Assembly: GCF_004010195.1 (NCBI RefSeq)
Contig: NC_057728.1
Location: 52,218,401 to 52,282,400, forward strand
Direction: 5' to 3'
Origin: Chiloscyllium plagiosum
Taxonomy: Eukaryota
Length of the DNA stretch: 64,000 nucleotides
Numbering within the stretch: position 1 is the first letter of the stretch; each line of letters starts with the position of its first letter. Shown here piece after piece: positions 11,565-24,820 of this stretch. A model generated the notes under the pieces. That model was not told the DNA's origin. It searched no databases and was given only the letters and a program-made list of their open reading frames with translations. The position numbers were made by a program, and so were the translations under genes.

Positions 11565-14500
11565 TTAGAGTCATAGAGATGTACACATGGAAACAGACCC
11601 TTCGGTCCAACTCGTCCATGCCAACCAGCTATCCTAACCTAATCTAGTCCCATTTGCCAGCACTTGGCCCATATCCTCTAAATCCTTCCTATTCATATAC
11701 CCATCCAGATGCCTTTCAAATATTGTAATTGGACCAGCCTCCACCACTTCCTCTGGTATCTCATTCCGTACACGCACCATCCTCTGTATGAAGAGGTTGC
11801 CCCTTAGATCCCTTTTAAATATTTTCCCTCTCACCCTAAACCTATGCACCTCTTGGTCTGGATTCCCCCACCCTAGGGAAAAGAGCTTGTCTATTTACCC
11901 TAACTGCGCCCCTCATGATTTTATAAACCTCTATAAGGTCACCCCTCAGTCTCTGATGCTCCAGGGAAAACATCCCCAGTCTACTTAGCCTCTCCCTAAA
12001 GCTCAACTCCTCCAACCCTGTCAACATCCTTGTAAATTTTTTCTGAACCCTTTAATATTTCTCAACATCTTTCTGATTGGAGGGAGACCAGAATTGCACA
12101 TTGGAATATTCCAAAAGTGGCCTAACCAATGTCCTGTATTGCCGCAACATGACCTCCCAACTCCTATACTCAATGCCCTGACCAATAAAGGAATGGATAC
12201 CAAACGCCTTCTCCACTATCCTATCGACCTGAACCTGCACTCCAAGGTCTCTCTTTGTTTAGCAACATTCCCTAGGACTTTACCATTAAGTGAGTAAGTC
12301 CTGATAAGATTTGCCTTTCAAAAATGCAGCACATCGCATTCATCGAAATTAAACTCCACCTGCCACGCCTAAGCCCACTGACCCATCTGATCAAGATCGC
12401 GTTGTCCTCTGAGGTAACTTTCTTCGCTGTCCACTACACCTCCAATTTTGGTGTATTCCACAAACTTACAAACTATACCTCCTTTGTTCACATTCAAATC
12501 ATTGATATAAATGACAAAAAGCAGTGGACCTAGCACCGAATTTTGTGGCACACCACTGATCACAGACATCCAGTCTGAAAGGCAACCCTCCAGCACCACC
12601 CTGTCTTCTACCTTCGAGCCAGTTCTATATCCAAATGGCTAGTTCTTCCATTATTCCATGTATCTAACCTTGCTAACCAATCTACCATAAGGAACTCTGT
12701 CGAATGCCTTACTGAAGTACATAGGATCATGTCCATGCTCTGCCCTCATCAATCGTCTTTATTACCTCTTCAAAAAAACTCAATCAAGTTCGTGAGACCG
12801 ATTTCCCACACACAAAACCATGTTGACTATCCCTAATCAGTCCCTGCTGTTCCAAATACATGTAAATCCTGTTCCTCAGGAGTCCCCCAATAACGTGTCC
12901 ACCACTGATGTCAGGCTCACTGGTCTATAGTTCCCTGACTTTTCCTTATCACCCTTGTTAAATAGTGGCACCACGTTAGCCAAACTCCAGCCTTCTGGCA
13001 CCTCACCTGTGACTATCGGTGATACAAATATCTCAGCAAGGTGCCCAGCAATTACTTCCCGAGTTTCCCATAGAGTTCTCGAGTACACCTGGTCAGGTCC
13101 TGGGGATTTGTCCATCTCTATGCATTTTAAGACATCCAGCACCTCTGTAATATGGACATTTTTCAAGATGTCACCATCTATTTCCCTACATTCCATATCT
13201 TCCATGTCCTTCTCCACAGTACTGATGCAAAATACTCGTTTAGTATCTCCCCCATCTCTGTGGTTTCACACATTGGCTGCGTTACTGCTCCTTGAAAGGC
13301 CCCATTGTCTCCCTATTTACCCTTTGTCCTTGATGTATTGATAGAATCTATTTGGATTTTCCATATCCCTATTTGCAAAAGCTATCTCATGTCCCCTTTT
13401 TGCTCTCCTGATTTCCCTCTGAAGTATACTCCTACTGCCTTTATACTCGAAGGATTCACTCGATCTCTCCTGTTATATCTGACATATGCTTCCTTCTTTT
13501 TCTTAACCAAAACCTCAATTCCTCTAGTCATCCAGCATTCCCTACACCTACCAGCCTTTCCTTTCACCCTAACGGGAATATACTGTCTCTGTACTCTCAT
13601 TATCCCATTTTTGAAGGCTTCCCATTTTCCAGTCGTCCCTTGACCTGCAACATCTGCACCCAATCAGCTTTTGAAAGTTCTTGCCTAATGCCATCAAAAT
13701 TGGCCTCCCTCCAATTTAGAACTTCAAAATTTAGATCCAGATTATCCTTTTCCATCACTATTTTAAAACTTATAGATTTATGGTCGCTGCCCCCATTGTG
13801 CTTCCCCACTGACACCTCCATCACCTGCCCTGTCTTGTTTCTCAACTGTAGGTCAATTTTTGCAGTTTCTCTCATAAGTACATCCACATACTGAATCAGA
13901 AAATTTTCTTGCACACACTTAACAAATTCTTCTCCGTCTAAACACTTAACACAATGGCAGTCCCAGTCTATGTTTGAAAGTTAAAATCCCCTACCATAAC
14001 CACCATATTATTCCTACAGATAACTGAGATCTCCTTACAATTTTGTTTCTCAATTTCCCTGCTGACTATTGGGGGGGTCTATAATACAATCCCAATAAGG
14101 TGATCATCCCTTTCTTATTCCTCTGTTCCACTCAAGTAACTTCCCTGGATGTATTCCCAGGAATATCTTCCCTAAGTACAGCAACCCTTATCAAAAACAT
14201 CACTCCCCCTCCTCTCTCATGCTCCCCTTTCTATCCTTCCTATAGCATTTGTAATCCTAGAACATAAAGCTGCCAGTCCTGTTCATCCCTGAGCCATATC
14301 TCTGTAATTTATATGATATCCCAGTCCATTTTCCTAACCACGTCCTGAGTTCATCTGCCTTCCCTGTTAGGCCTCTTGCATTGAAATAAATGCAGTTTAA
14401 TTTATCTTGTTCTCTGCTTTGTTCCTGCCTGTCCTGACTGTTTGACTCACTCCTTTTCCCAACTATACCAGTCTCAGACTGACCTTTTCTCTTCACTATT

Positions 14501-15150
14501 TTCCTGGGTTCCACACACACTCATTTAAATCTCTGAAACAGCTCTTGCAAACCTCCCTGCCAGTATATTAGTCCCCTTCCAATTCGGTTGCAATCCGTTC
14601 TCCTTGTACATGTCACTTCTACCTCAGAAGAGATTCCAATGATCCAAAAAATGTGAACCCTTCTCTCCTGCACCAGCTCCTCAGCCACACATTTATATTC
14701 ACTATCTTCCTATTCCTACCCTCATTACTTCGTAGCACCGGCTGTAATCCAGATATTACTACCTTCAAGGATCACCTTTTTAAATTCCTGCCTAACTTTC
14801 TATATTCTCCCTTCAGAATCTCATCCTTTTCCTTTCCTATGTCGTTAGTTCCAATGTGTACAATGACCTCTGCTGGTCCCTCTCCCCTTTGAGAACATTC
14901 TGCGTTTTCTCCGAGACATTCTTGATCCTGGCACTAGGGAGACAACAAACGATTCTATTTTCTTTTGTTGCCGGCCACGGATACATCTGTCTGTGCCTCT
15001 GACAAGAGAGTCCCCTACCACAATTGATCACTTGGAACCTGATGTATCCCTCATTACATTAGAGCAGTTCTTGGTACCAGAAATTTGGCTGTTCTTGCTG
15101 CATTCCCCTGAGGGTCCACCACCCCCAACATTTTCCAAAACAGCATACAA
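11565..15150 (-). mobile_element. Near-full-length decayed CR1 LINE (esterase-like ORF1 + endonuclease/RT ORF2)
   Basis: ORF1 VCCLPSARI..VHIGTNDI; EN CIYFNARGL; RT DKSPGPD, NYRPVSLTS, SGVPQ.SVLGP; CR1 3' tail at 11570. Confidence 0.92.
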
Positions 15151-15914
15151 TTGTGGTTCAGAACTTTAGAACAATATGGTTTTCTTGCTTAACTGGAACC
15201 AGGTTCAGTTAGTGCAGAGTTGTGTATTTGTTTAACTGTTCTACTTTTCAGTCCCCATTTTTGATTCCTTTCACAGTAACACTGAGTATTATTCTGCGAG
15301 ACGATGAACAATTATGGTAGAAGGAGACATTTTAATGGACAGTCCAAGGTCATATCTTCACTTAGCAACTCAGGGCACATGACGTGTTCATGCTAGAAAA
15401 GCATTTTGATTTAGTCTTAAGACCAGGGAATGCACATGTATTAACAAGGCTCCAAAAGTCAATATCATACCTAATCTAAACAATAAAATGGGGTCAGGAG
15501 TATTTGATTCCAAAAATAATGAACAGCTGTAAATTTGTCCAATCAGTCGAAGACTTCCCCTGTAAAAATTATTCATTGACTTCCTATCCTTCCCCAAAAT
15601 GTGCTGGGATCAGTTGGGATGAAGGTAGAGGTGGGAGTTAGTAGTACCTCTCTGGTATGAAAAAAAAGGCCCTTCAGCTCATTATGTCTGTGCACTATTC
15701 TAATTCAATTTTCCAACATTTGACCCATACGCCTTGGCATCGCAAGTGCACATCTAAGTATTTTTAAAAGGTGATGTGGAGACTTTGGAGTTGGATTGGG
15801 GTGGACAAGGTCAAAAATCAAATGACACCAGGTGATACTTCAACAGGTTCACCCAAAACCTCAAGCCCCTGGATCCCAACTCTCCCTCAGGCATGAGGAA
15901 GCTGTTGAGGGCAT

Positions 15915-16160
15915 AGGTCAGGGTGAGAGGGGAAAGATACAAAAGAGACCTAAGGGGCAACTTTTTCACACAGAGGGTGGTACGTGTATGGAATGACCTG
16001 CCAGAGGAAGTGGTGGAGACTGGTACAATTGCAACATTTAAGAGACATTGGGATGGGTATATGAATAGGAAGGGTTTGGAGGGATATGGGCCGGGTGCTG
16101 GCAGGTGGGACTAGTTTGGGTTGGGTTATCTGATTGGCATGGACGGGTTGGACTCTATAA
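15915..16160 (+). mobile_element. CR1 3' end
   Basis: RGNFFTQRVVRVWNDLPEEVVE plus 3' tail. Confidence 0.85.
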
Positions 16161-16174
16161 CTCGGAGATAGTGA

Positions 16175-17082
16175 TGATTGCAGATGCTGGAGATTCAGAA
16201 TCAATAAAGTGTATCGCTGGAAAAGGCACAGCAGGTCAGAAAACATCTGAGAAGCAAGAGACTCTCTTGGTCTTCAGATGCTGCCTAACCTGCTGTGCCT
16301 TTTCCAGCGCCATACTCTACAGACCTCATGCAACTCAAGATTAAAGTGGTGCTGGAAAAGCACAGCTGGTCATGCAGCATCCGAGGAGCAGGAAAATCGA
16401 TTTTTGTCTGAAATGTTGATTCGCCTGTTCCTTGTGTGAGAAATAGAGAAGTATGTTGTTTTTACAGAAAGCTAATAATGCTGACAAACTAAGTATTGCA
16501 AGGGTAAAAGCTCAATTATTAAGCTTCTAGGTAGATAAGTATATGTGTGTACCAGAAAGAGGAACAATAAGCCCAGACATAACGCTGAGGACAGCTGCAA
16601 GGAGTGATAAGATGAGCAACCCTCTTGTGCAATTGGAAAAGAAGACCGATGCAAAACCACTAACTTAACACCACTAACTTAACATGTGATAGTGGTTTTG
16701 CAAGACGGTCACAGTGTATGTTCAAGAAAACAGAAGGGGAGTTTAATTTAGAAAAAGAGCAGTCACGTAGGGGCAATCAGGTCACAAGTTAGGCAGAGAA
16801 CAAGGGTAATTGGGTAATGTAGGAGTCAGGGGAGGTGACCTCACGCAGCTCAAAGGTATAACAGTATACTTGTTTCAATGCTCATTGCTCATTTGCTTAA
16901 CGCATTTGCAGCCCTTTCTTATAAGATTGTAAATAAATTTTCTTGTTTCTAGCTTTTGGTGGTCTCAGCTAATTTTGTTGAGTTTGTTTCCAACACTTGG
17001 ATGCTGCCTGACCTGCTGTGCTTTTCCAGCACCACTCTAACCTTGACTCTAATCTCCAGCATCTACAGTCCTCACTTTCGTT
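16175..17082. mobile_element. Cluster of inverted family A Penelope termini, split by a solo LTR
   Basis: gctggaaaagcacagcaggtcaggcagcatc and its reverse complement occur repeatedly; one copy is interrupted at 16434 and resumes at 16996. Confidence 0.7.
16435..16995 (+). mobile_element. Solo LTR (561 bp)
   Basis: TG...CA ends (TGTGAGAAA / TTTCCAACA), 4-bp TSD CTTG on both sides, TATA-like at about 16857 and AATAAA at 16932. Confidence 0.8.
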
Positions 17083-17264
17083 TGGATTTCATGCAACTCC
17101 CCAGCTGAAGTTTACCAAATGTCTTATACAAAATTTGAGCGAAAGTTAAAAAGAACATTTTGAAGAAGCTCAGAGGATCTGGTAACTTCCAGTAGGAGAA
17201 GACAGAGAGAGAAGTTCACATTAATTCTGCTCCTGAAGCCTGGATGTTGGGAAAGGGATTGAGT

Positions 17265-17640
17265 TTCGAAACGGTTGGTGCGGCACCTTCCAGCGGCGAT
17301 CCGTAGGAGGGCGGTGGTGGGAGGATTCCCGCACGGTCATGATAGGCCGGGCTGGGCCACAGCGGCCTGGACTGACCATGTCGCTCAGCCAGCAAGTGGT
17401 ACTGGCCCTGTGTCTCTTTATCTGTGTCTTTCTGGTGATTCCGAGAATGCTGGGGACTCCTGGCAGCGGGAAAGAGGCCGCGGGCCGGGCTCCGTCAGCG
17501 GGTCATCGTCCCCAAGGTATTGGCAGGGCGTGGGAGGTGAGGAGTGGGCACTCATCATGGAGGTGGGGTGGAGAGAGGGACAATGGCACCGACCTCGTCG
17601 GGTGGGGGGACGTAGGAAAGGGCACTGATCGTGGTGGGGA
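17265..17640 (+). promoter_or_regulatory. CpG island / promoter of the RIC3/CCDC107-family gene
   Basis: High GC and CpG density around the first exon; GGGCGG box near 17309. Confidence 0.7.
17378..17516 (+). CDS. ccdc107: RIC3/CCDC107-family protein, coding exon 1 (N-terminal hydrophobic segment)
   Basis: accATG in a CpG island; MSLSQQVVLALCLFICVFLVIPRMLG resembles the RIC3 N-terminus (QRVALASGLVLALSLLLPK). Donor G|GTATTG, phase 1. The symbol is a best match; orthology is unproven. Confidence 0.85.
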
Positions 17641-17947
17641 GCCATGATGTGGAGGTGCCGGTGTTGGACTGGGGTGGATAAAGTTAAAAATCTCACAACA
17701 TCAGGTTATGGTGCGGGAGGTCAGGATGGGCATTGGCGTGTGTATGGAATTGGCACTGACTGTGGCATGGGGAACATAACACTAATAGAGTGTGATGCAG
17801 ATACTCAGCAGCCCCTGAACACCAGCCCATATTACAGGGAGCACTGACTAAGGTGTAGATGCAATGACTAGAAGTTTGAATGCAGGCACTGAATGAGGTT
17901 GCCCCAAGAGGATTACGGACATTCGGTTTCAGTCTGTGGCTGACCCG

Positions 17948-18415
17948 TTGTCGATTTTCCTGCTCCTCGGATGCTGCCTGACCTGCTGTGCTTTTCCAGC
18001 ATTATACTCTCGACTCTGAGCTCTAGCATCTGCAGTCCTCACTTTCTCCCCATAGGCATTGTGTATCCAAAATCGAAAAGTGTGGCGCTGGAAAAGCACA
18101 GCAGGTCAGGCAGCTTGCGAAGAGGAGGAGAGTTGACGTTTTGTGCATAAGCCCTTTATTAGGAATGTGGTCATGAGTAACCAAGGCCAACATGGGAATA
18201 CTTCAGTGTTTTTCTTCAAATAGTGTCAGGGAATCCTCAATATGTGTAGATGAGGCTACAGGGTTTAATGTTTGATTGGAAATTTGGCAACTCTGCCATT
18301 AAAATATTCATCAGTGTTGCATTGACATTCCTGATGAAGAGCTTATGCCCGAAACATCGAGTCTCCTACTCCTCGGATGCTGCCTGACCTGCTGTACTTT
18401 TCCAGTGCCACACTG
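17948..18415. mobile_element. Family A Penelope termini in both orientations
   Basis: Three terminus copies with decayed hammerheads (18135-18163 minus, 18331-18358 plus). Confidence 0.7.
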
Positions 18416-18616
18416 TGCTGGTAGTGTCAGTCTGGATTTTCTGTCCATTCTGTGGATTGGAACCTGAATCTAAAAACTTCCAACTAAAAATGGCATGAAC
18501 TGAACTGTGTCTGATGCAATAAATGTTTGTTTTAATAGTCTGACCTGTGTATAATTCAATGATTGGTGAGGTTTTCTCCAACTTGCTGTCTTTTGAGACT
18601 ATCTATTATACACTAC

Positions 18617-18990
18617 GACCCACCCTCCCATCCTGGCACTTTCCCCTGCCACCGCAGGAACTGTAAAACCTGTGCCCACACCTCCTCCCTCACCTCCTTC
18701 CAAGGCCCTAAAGGAGCCTTCCACATCCAAAGTTTTACCTGCACATTCGCTAATATCATTTATTGTATCCGTTGCTCCCGATGCGGTCTCCTCTACATTG
18801 GGGAGACTGGACGCCTCCTAGCAGAGCGCTTTAGGGAACATCTCCGAGACACCCGCACCAATCAACCAAATCGCCCAGTGGCTCAACATTTCAACTCCCC
18901 CTCCCACTCTGCCGAGGATATGGAGGTGCTGGGCCTCCTCCACCTCGGATGCTGCCTGAATTGCTGTGCTCTTCCAGCACCACTGATCCA
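18617..18990 (+). mobile_element. Penelope-like element, GIY-YIG endonuclease fragment
   Basis: FPCHRRNCKTC..FTC...NIIYCIRCSRCGLLYIGETGRLLAERFREH: classic PLE GIY-YIG, joined to a family A terminus. Confidence 0.92.
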
Positions 18991-21249
18991 GTATCTATTA
19001 TACAGATTGAGTTTTCAAATAAGCAACTAACAATGTAATCTTACAATGCAGTGTTGAATATTCACTAACTTATGGACACCTTCACTTAAATTATCAATAT
19101 CAGTCCAATCAATGTTGTTGCTTTCTTATGACATTTCCTCATTTTGTGGCCTATTATGCTTTAATCTTGTTTCACTGACTCGCCTCTTTTCGGTACCAAA
19201 AATCCTCTTAGTTCTCTTGGCTTTGTTCCTCTAGCTAAAATTCAAACATCAGCACTTGATGTCTGAAAAATTAATTCAAATACATTTGCAAGGGATGTTG
19301 TAAGGTTAATTTTGAATGAGGCATTTTCATATTTGTTATGGTAATTTCCACAGCATTTGTCATTCTGTGTTGATGTAGGTTACACTTGGAGATTTTAATT
19401 ACTTTTGAGTTATGTGTAATTGTTGTGTGATTGGAATTTTGAATCACAGGCACTGACATTTCTGGGTTTGGAAAATACACACAACTTGCAAGCCATGACC
19501 AGGAATTTGACTTCCACCAAGCTCATTCCTGATGAAGGGCTTTTGCCCAAAATGTCGATTCACCTGCTTCTCTGAAGCTGCCTGACCTGCTGTGCTTTTC
19601 CAGCACCACATTCTCGACTCTAATCTCCAGCAATTGCAGTCCTCACTTTCACCTTGTTGACTGGCTCTTTAAGTTCAGAAAGAGGGGATCTCCTTGGACC
19701 TGTACTGGAATAGTAAATTCTGTAGTTTCCATTTATTGGTTTCTTTTGATGCAACACGTCATTTTCAAAATGTCTGTAGTTATGCCCAACTATTTGTACT
19801 TGAGCACAATTTTGTTCCGCTTAATTAAACCTAATGGAATCCCGGTGATGCGATGTTGGCCTGTATTGGTTACAGTAATTACACTTTATTCAACTCAGGT
19901 CACACTTACAGTATCTGGGTGATGGTTTTTCAAGAAATAACGTTGGTGTCTGAGTAAAAGTTGGATTATATAGAATTGCACTCTCTGACTGTAGCCCCTG
20001 GCCTGAGCTCTGGTGTTTCCTGAATTCTGCCTGAAATATTCTCACATCCTGTCAATTTGAATACCTTCTTATAATTCAAAACTACTGAATCTCATATATC
20101 AATCACTAGCTTACACTCATCATCTTTTTGTCCAAATTAAACAAATTCATTGTACACAATGTTCTGTAGCCTGGCTTTTGATCTTCTGCCTCCCTGACGT
20201 CATTTGCTTTTACTGTTGCAGCTGTTTACTTCTTGCATTATAGCCTTGTGGATTATGATACCTCTAAGGGGCATATCCAAGTACTTCTGATTTTAGTGAA
20301 GCATACACACCAGCATTCACTGATGATCTATGTAATCTAAAGTTATCAGTGCAGCTTTGGTAATACTAAGTAGTATGTCTTCGAACTGAAATAAATAAGA
20401 AAATTGATAACATTACTGTTGAAGGCTGCCTGCTTATCCCACGTTCCCTTGGAAATTTGGCTGCCTGTATGTTCTGGCCTTATTTTTCTTCAGTCATGGA
20501 ATGAGAGTGTCACCAGTTAGCTTCTAACTTGCATTTCCATTCCATACAACAATGTAGCATAGGTGTCACTGGCAAGGTCAGCATTGCAATGATCCCGAGT
20601 TAATTTTGAACTGATTGATTAGCATTTCAGAGGGCAGTTCAGGGTCAAGCACATTGCTGTGGAGTCAAATACAGATTTCCTCTCCTTTAAAGCAAAGGTA
20701 GATTTGTTGAACAGTAAAGAAAATAAGGGTTTTGGTGAGTGAGTGGATAGGTGGAGCTGAGTCTATAAGAAGATTCAGTTGTGATCTTGTTGAATGACAA
20801 GATCACAACTCGAGGGACCACATTTCCTACTTGTACTTCATATGTGTGAATCAAATAGATTTTTTATGATAGCAGACAATATTTACATGCCAAGTTATAT
20901 TGAATTCAAATTTCACCACCTGCTTTGATGAGATTTGAACCCATGTGTCCAGAACATTAGCCTGGGTTTTGGATTACTAGTCCAGTGATGTAACCACTAC
21001 ACACCACCTTATAGCCACAGTGTTTGTATAGCTGGTCCAGTTCAGTTTCTGGTCAATAGTAACTCCCAGAATTTTGATTTAAGATGTGTATGTGTGTGTC
21101 TGTGCATGCATGTGTGCCACTGCCTGACATGTGTGAGAAGAAAATGTGATTGCCATGTATTGGCCCAGGTGAGGACTTCTAATCTATCTGATAGCTGATT
21201 TGTTACATGAATAAACCAGGCTCACTTTAGTTTTCTTGAAATTGCTTTG

Positions 21250-22355
21250 CATTACCTTCTACATAGCAGATCAAATATAATGTGGGAAGATATGAGGTTA
21301 TGCACTTTGGCCAAAAGAATAGAGAAGCTGAATATTGTTTAAATGGAGAAAGACTGTTGTTGTGGTTCTGTTCGCCGAGCTGGGAACTTGTGTTGCAGAC
21401 GTTTCGTCCCCTGTCTAAGTGACATCCTCAGTGCTTGGGAGCCTCCTGTGAAGCGCTTCTGTGATCTTTTATGGGTGGGTTGCGCTTCGGCGGGGCGGTG
21501 TGGACTTGTTGGGCCGAAGGGCCTGTTTCCACACTGTAACTAATCTAATCTAATAATAGTAGTGTTGTCCCAGTCGAACTCATGTTGCTTGTCATTTGCA
21601 TGTGTGGCTACTAAGGATAGCTGGTCGTGTCGTTTCGTGGCTAGTTGGTGCTCATGGATGAGGATCGTTAGCTGTCTTCCTGTTTGTCCTATGTAAGACT
21701 TCAGAACCTACAGAACAGAGGGACTTGGGAGTCCTCCTTCATGAATCACCAAGGATTAGCATCCAAGTTTCGCAGGTGAAAGGAAAGGCGAATAGTCTTC
21801 CATTGGCCTTTTATTCCAAAGGAAATGCATAAAAGTAGGGAAGTTTTGCTGAAACTATATAAAGCACTAGACAGACTGAAAGGTATATCAACATTGGAGG
21901 CAATTCAGGGAAGGTTCACTTGGCAGATACCAGGTGTGGTGGGATTGTCTTATGAGGAGAGATTGAGTAGCTTGGGCGTGTACTCATTGGTTTATTGAAG
22001 AATAAGAGAGGGCCTTATTGAAATGTACAAGATTTATAAGGGACTTGATAGGATTGATGCGGAAAAATTGTGTCTGCTAGTTTTAAGAAACAATGTCAGA
22101 CTAAGGGGGTCACACATTTAAGAGTTGAGAGAAAATTTCTTCTATCAGAGGTAGTGAATCTGTGGAATTTCTTTACCATAGAGAGCCACAGAAGTTGGGT
22201 CAGTAAGTATATTCAAGGCCAAGTTAATTTTTTAAATCATTAGGGGAGTTGAGGGTTATGGGGAAAGAGTAGAAAGGTGGAGTTGAAGGTTGTCATGCCA
22301 TCCATGATCTCACTGAATGGCTAAATAGCCTGATTGGGCAACCTTTGCTCCTACA
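21250..22355 (+). mobile_element. CR1 3' fragment with nested Penelope family B / SINE piece (about 21356-21693)
   Basis: CR1 RT C-terminal remnants resume after the insert; AAGACT duplicated at both sides. Confidence 0.75.
21395..21434 (-). ncRNA. Minimal type I hammerhead ribozyme motif, Penelope family B (core intact)
   Basis: gca-CTGAGGA-T-GTCAC(TTAGACAG)GGGAC-GAA-ACGT-C-tgc; 3-bp stem I. Confidence 0.65.
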
Positions 22356-22650
22356 TCTGGTATCCCTGTTAACCTTCATTACTTTATAACTATTATCTGC
22401 AAGAGCTAGTGGGTTCCTGTGATCACAAAAAGAACAAGGCAACAATAGTTTAAGACATTCTAGCATTTACACATTGTGATGAAACATTCTTTGTAAGCAA
22501 TTAGCAGAGAGTATATGATTCTCAGGTAATCCTTCATTTTATATGATTGCATTTGACTGTTTCATTATATGATATAGCTTGATCCCTGAAGTACAGTATC
22601 ATATTGAATGACTTATCATATTGAATCTCTTCATTTGATGCATATTACAG

Positions 22651-22850
22651 TTCCTGGAAGAGGCCAGCCACTGGTTGCACAATCCAAATCCAATAATCCC
22701 AAAGGACAGCCTAATCTCAGGATGAAAAGTACAAATCAAAAGGAAATGAATAGTGACAAGACTCAGGGCAGAAACAAAGGATTTATTTTCCAGTTAATGC
22801 CACTTTATGCAATAGGAATAAGTGTATATGCAGTTTACAAACTTGTGCAG
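22651..22850 (+). CDS. ccdc107: RIC3/CCDC107-family protein, exon 2 (second transmembrane segment)
   Basis: Acceptor ttacAG. Ends GFIFQLMPLYAIGISVYAVYKLVQ (cf. RIC3 GLMGQIIPIYGFGIFLYILYILFK). Donor GTAAGT; phase 1 in, 0 out. Confidence 0.9.
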
Positions 22851-23149
22851 GTAAGTGCATTACTGTGGTGTACTTTACAAATAGAATAGCAATACATGAA
22901 TATTTTTGAATGCTGTTCACCTCTGACACTGGCAAAATATTGACAGTTTCCTCTTTCTAATATTTTCTAACCCCAGTATGACAGTAATACAGATTAAAAG
23001 AGGAGGCTTTGCAACTTATAATATATCGATCCGTTTGTGTAGGAATTTTCAGTTTGTGAATTTTTTTTTTCTGATGTTAAAAAATGTATTAATAATTTGA
23101 TAATGCAGTATTTAAACTTTGCAACCAAATGTATAATTTATTGCATACC

Positions 23150-24520
23150 ATAGACATAGGAGCAAAGTAGACTATTCAGCCAGACCTGACCTCTTGTCTT
23201 CCTTTTTTTTGTCATTTGTAAACTTGGTTATAGTCCATTGACTTCACTCCCCCAGGACATTAATATATATTATAAATAATTGTAACTTCGCACTGATCTC
23301 TTTGATTGTCCACTAGTTATTGATTGCCCACTAGTTATTGATTGCCATCCTGAAAATTCACCCCTTATCCAAACTGTGTCTTCTATTGGCTATCCAATCC
23401 TTTGTCCATGAATATACTGCCTCCAACACTATGAGCTGTTATCTTGTTAAGTAGCCTGAGGTGCGGCACCCTATCCAATACCTTCTGGAAATCCAAATAT
23501 ATTAAATCTATTGACTCTGCTTTATTTTTCTTATTACCCATCAAAGAATTCTAATAAATTTGCCAAGCATTACTTTCCCTTCATGAAGCCATTCTGAGTC
23601 TGCTTGATCATATTTTGCTTTTGTGAATACTCTGCTATTAATCCTTCATAATAGACTAACATTTTCCAATAGCAGATATTAACCTAACTGGCATTTAGTT
23701 ACCAGTCTTTTGTCTCTTTCCCTTTTTAAATAAAGGTGTTACATTAGTGTTCCAATCCTTCAATACTTTTCAATAATCTAATGATTTCTCTAAGATTGCT
23801 AACAATATATCTCTGTATACTTCTTCTGCTATTTTGGAACACTTTCCATCAAGTCCAGGTGACTTATTGGTCTTGAGCCCTATGTTTCTCAAGCACTCTT
23901 TCACTAGTGATCGCTATTGTATTTATTTTCTCTCCTCCTTTTGTCCTTTGATTATTTAGATATTTAAGAAAGCAATTCGTGTCTTCTACTGTGAAGACTG
24001 ACAGAACCCATTTATTTCAACTTCTCTGTCATTTCCTGGTTCCCCATTATAATTTAGTCAGCCCCATTCTCTAAGCAGCCATTACACTTTGACTTCTCTC
24101 TTCCTTTTTGTATATTTAAAGAAGCTCTTTCTGTATTGATATTTCTTGCATGTTTATCTTCACTTTATTTTCTCCCTCTTGTATTCTTGGTTGTCTAGTT
24201 TTTTGGTTTTTAAAACTTCTCCAGCCCTCTGGATTACCACCAATCTCTGCCACATTTTGTTTTTTCTTTCAACTTGATGCTGTCCTTAACTTCTCAGTTA
24301 ACTATGCTTAGCATACCGAAACGTCGATTCTCCTGTTCCCTAGATGCTGCCTGACCTGCTGCGCTTTTCCAGCAACACATTTCCATCTATGCTTAGCATA
24401 CCCCCTTCCTAGAGTACTTCTCCGTCACTATAATATATCTTTGTCTAAATCATTAACTATTTTCTTAAATATTTGCTCATGGATTCACAGCCATTTTTGC
24501 TGTTAGACCCCTTTTTCCAG
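23150..24520 (-). mobile_element. Old CR1 fragment with small family A insert (24316-24385)
   Basis: YLDFQK, KSPGLD remnants on the minus strand. Confidence 0.7.
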
Positions 24521-24748
24521 TTCTGGCTGTCCAACTTATGTTCACCCTTCAAATTGAATGTTATGGTCAATATTTCCTGTTGTTTTCATGCAAGAAGTAA
24601 AACAGGAAATAATCATGATACCACCAATGTTAACAGTCATAGACTTTCTCAATACATTTCTATATTACCATAGTGACTACATTTCAGAAACTGTCATTGG
24701 CTGCGAAATGTTCTGAGACATTTGTGCTTGTGAAAGCTGCTATATAAG

Positions 24749-24820
24749 GATATATTTTTTTAAAAATGTAGATTGGGTATAGTGATATATTTTTTTAAAA
24801 ATGTAGATTGGGTATAGTGA
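24749..24820. repeat. Perfect 35-bp tandem duplication
   Basis: GATATATTTTTTTAAAAATGTAGATTGGGTATAGT x2. Confidence 0.95.

Noticed and set aside
15279-15350. Exon-like stretch reading MVEGDILMDSPR (astacin propeptide-like EGDI)
   Set aside because: In-frame TGA just upstream, weak donor and no other astacin exons seen; probably chance.
9345-17340. RNase MRP RNA (RMRP), which lies head-to-head with CCDC107 in human
   Set aside because: I could not find the conserved GAAAGTCCCCGG and ACNNNNGGGGCTCANT P4 motifs by eye on either strand. An Infernal search would be decisive.
17339-17377. Upstream in-frame ATG extending the RIC3-family protein
   Set aside because: The ATG at 17378 has better Kozak context and aligns with the family N-terminus; the extension is unsupported.
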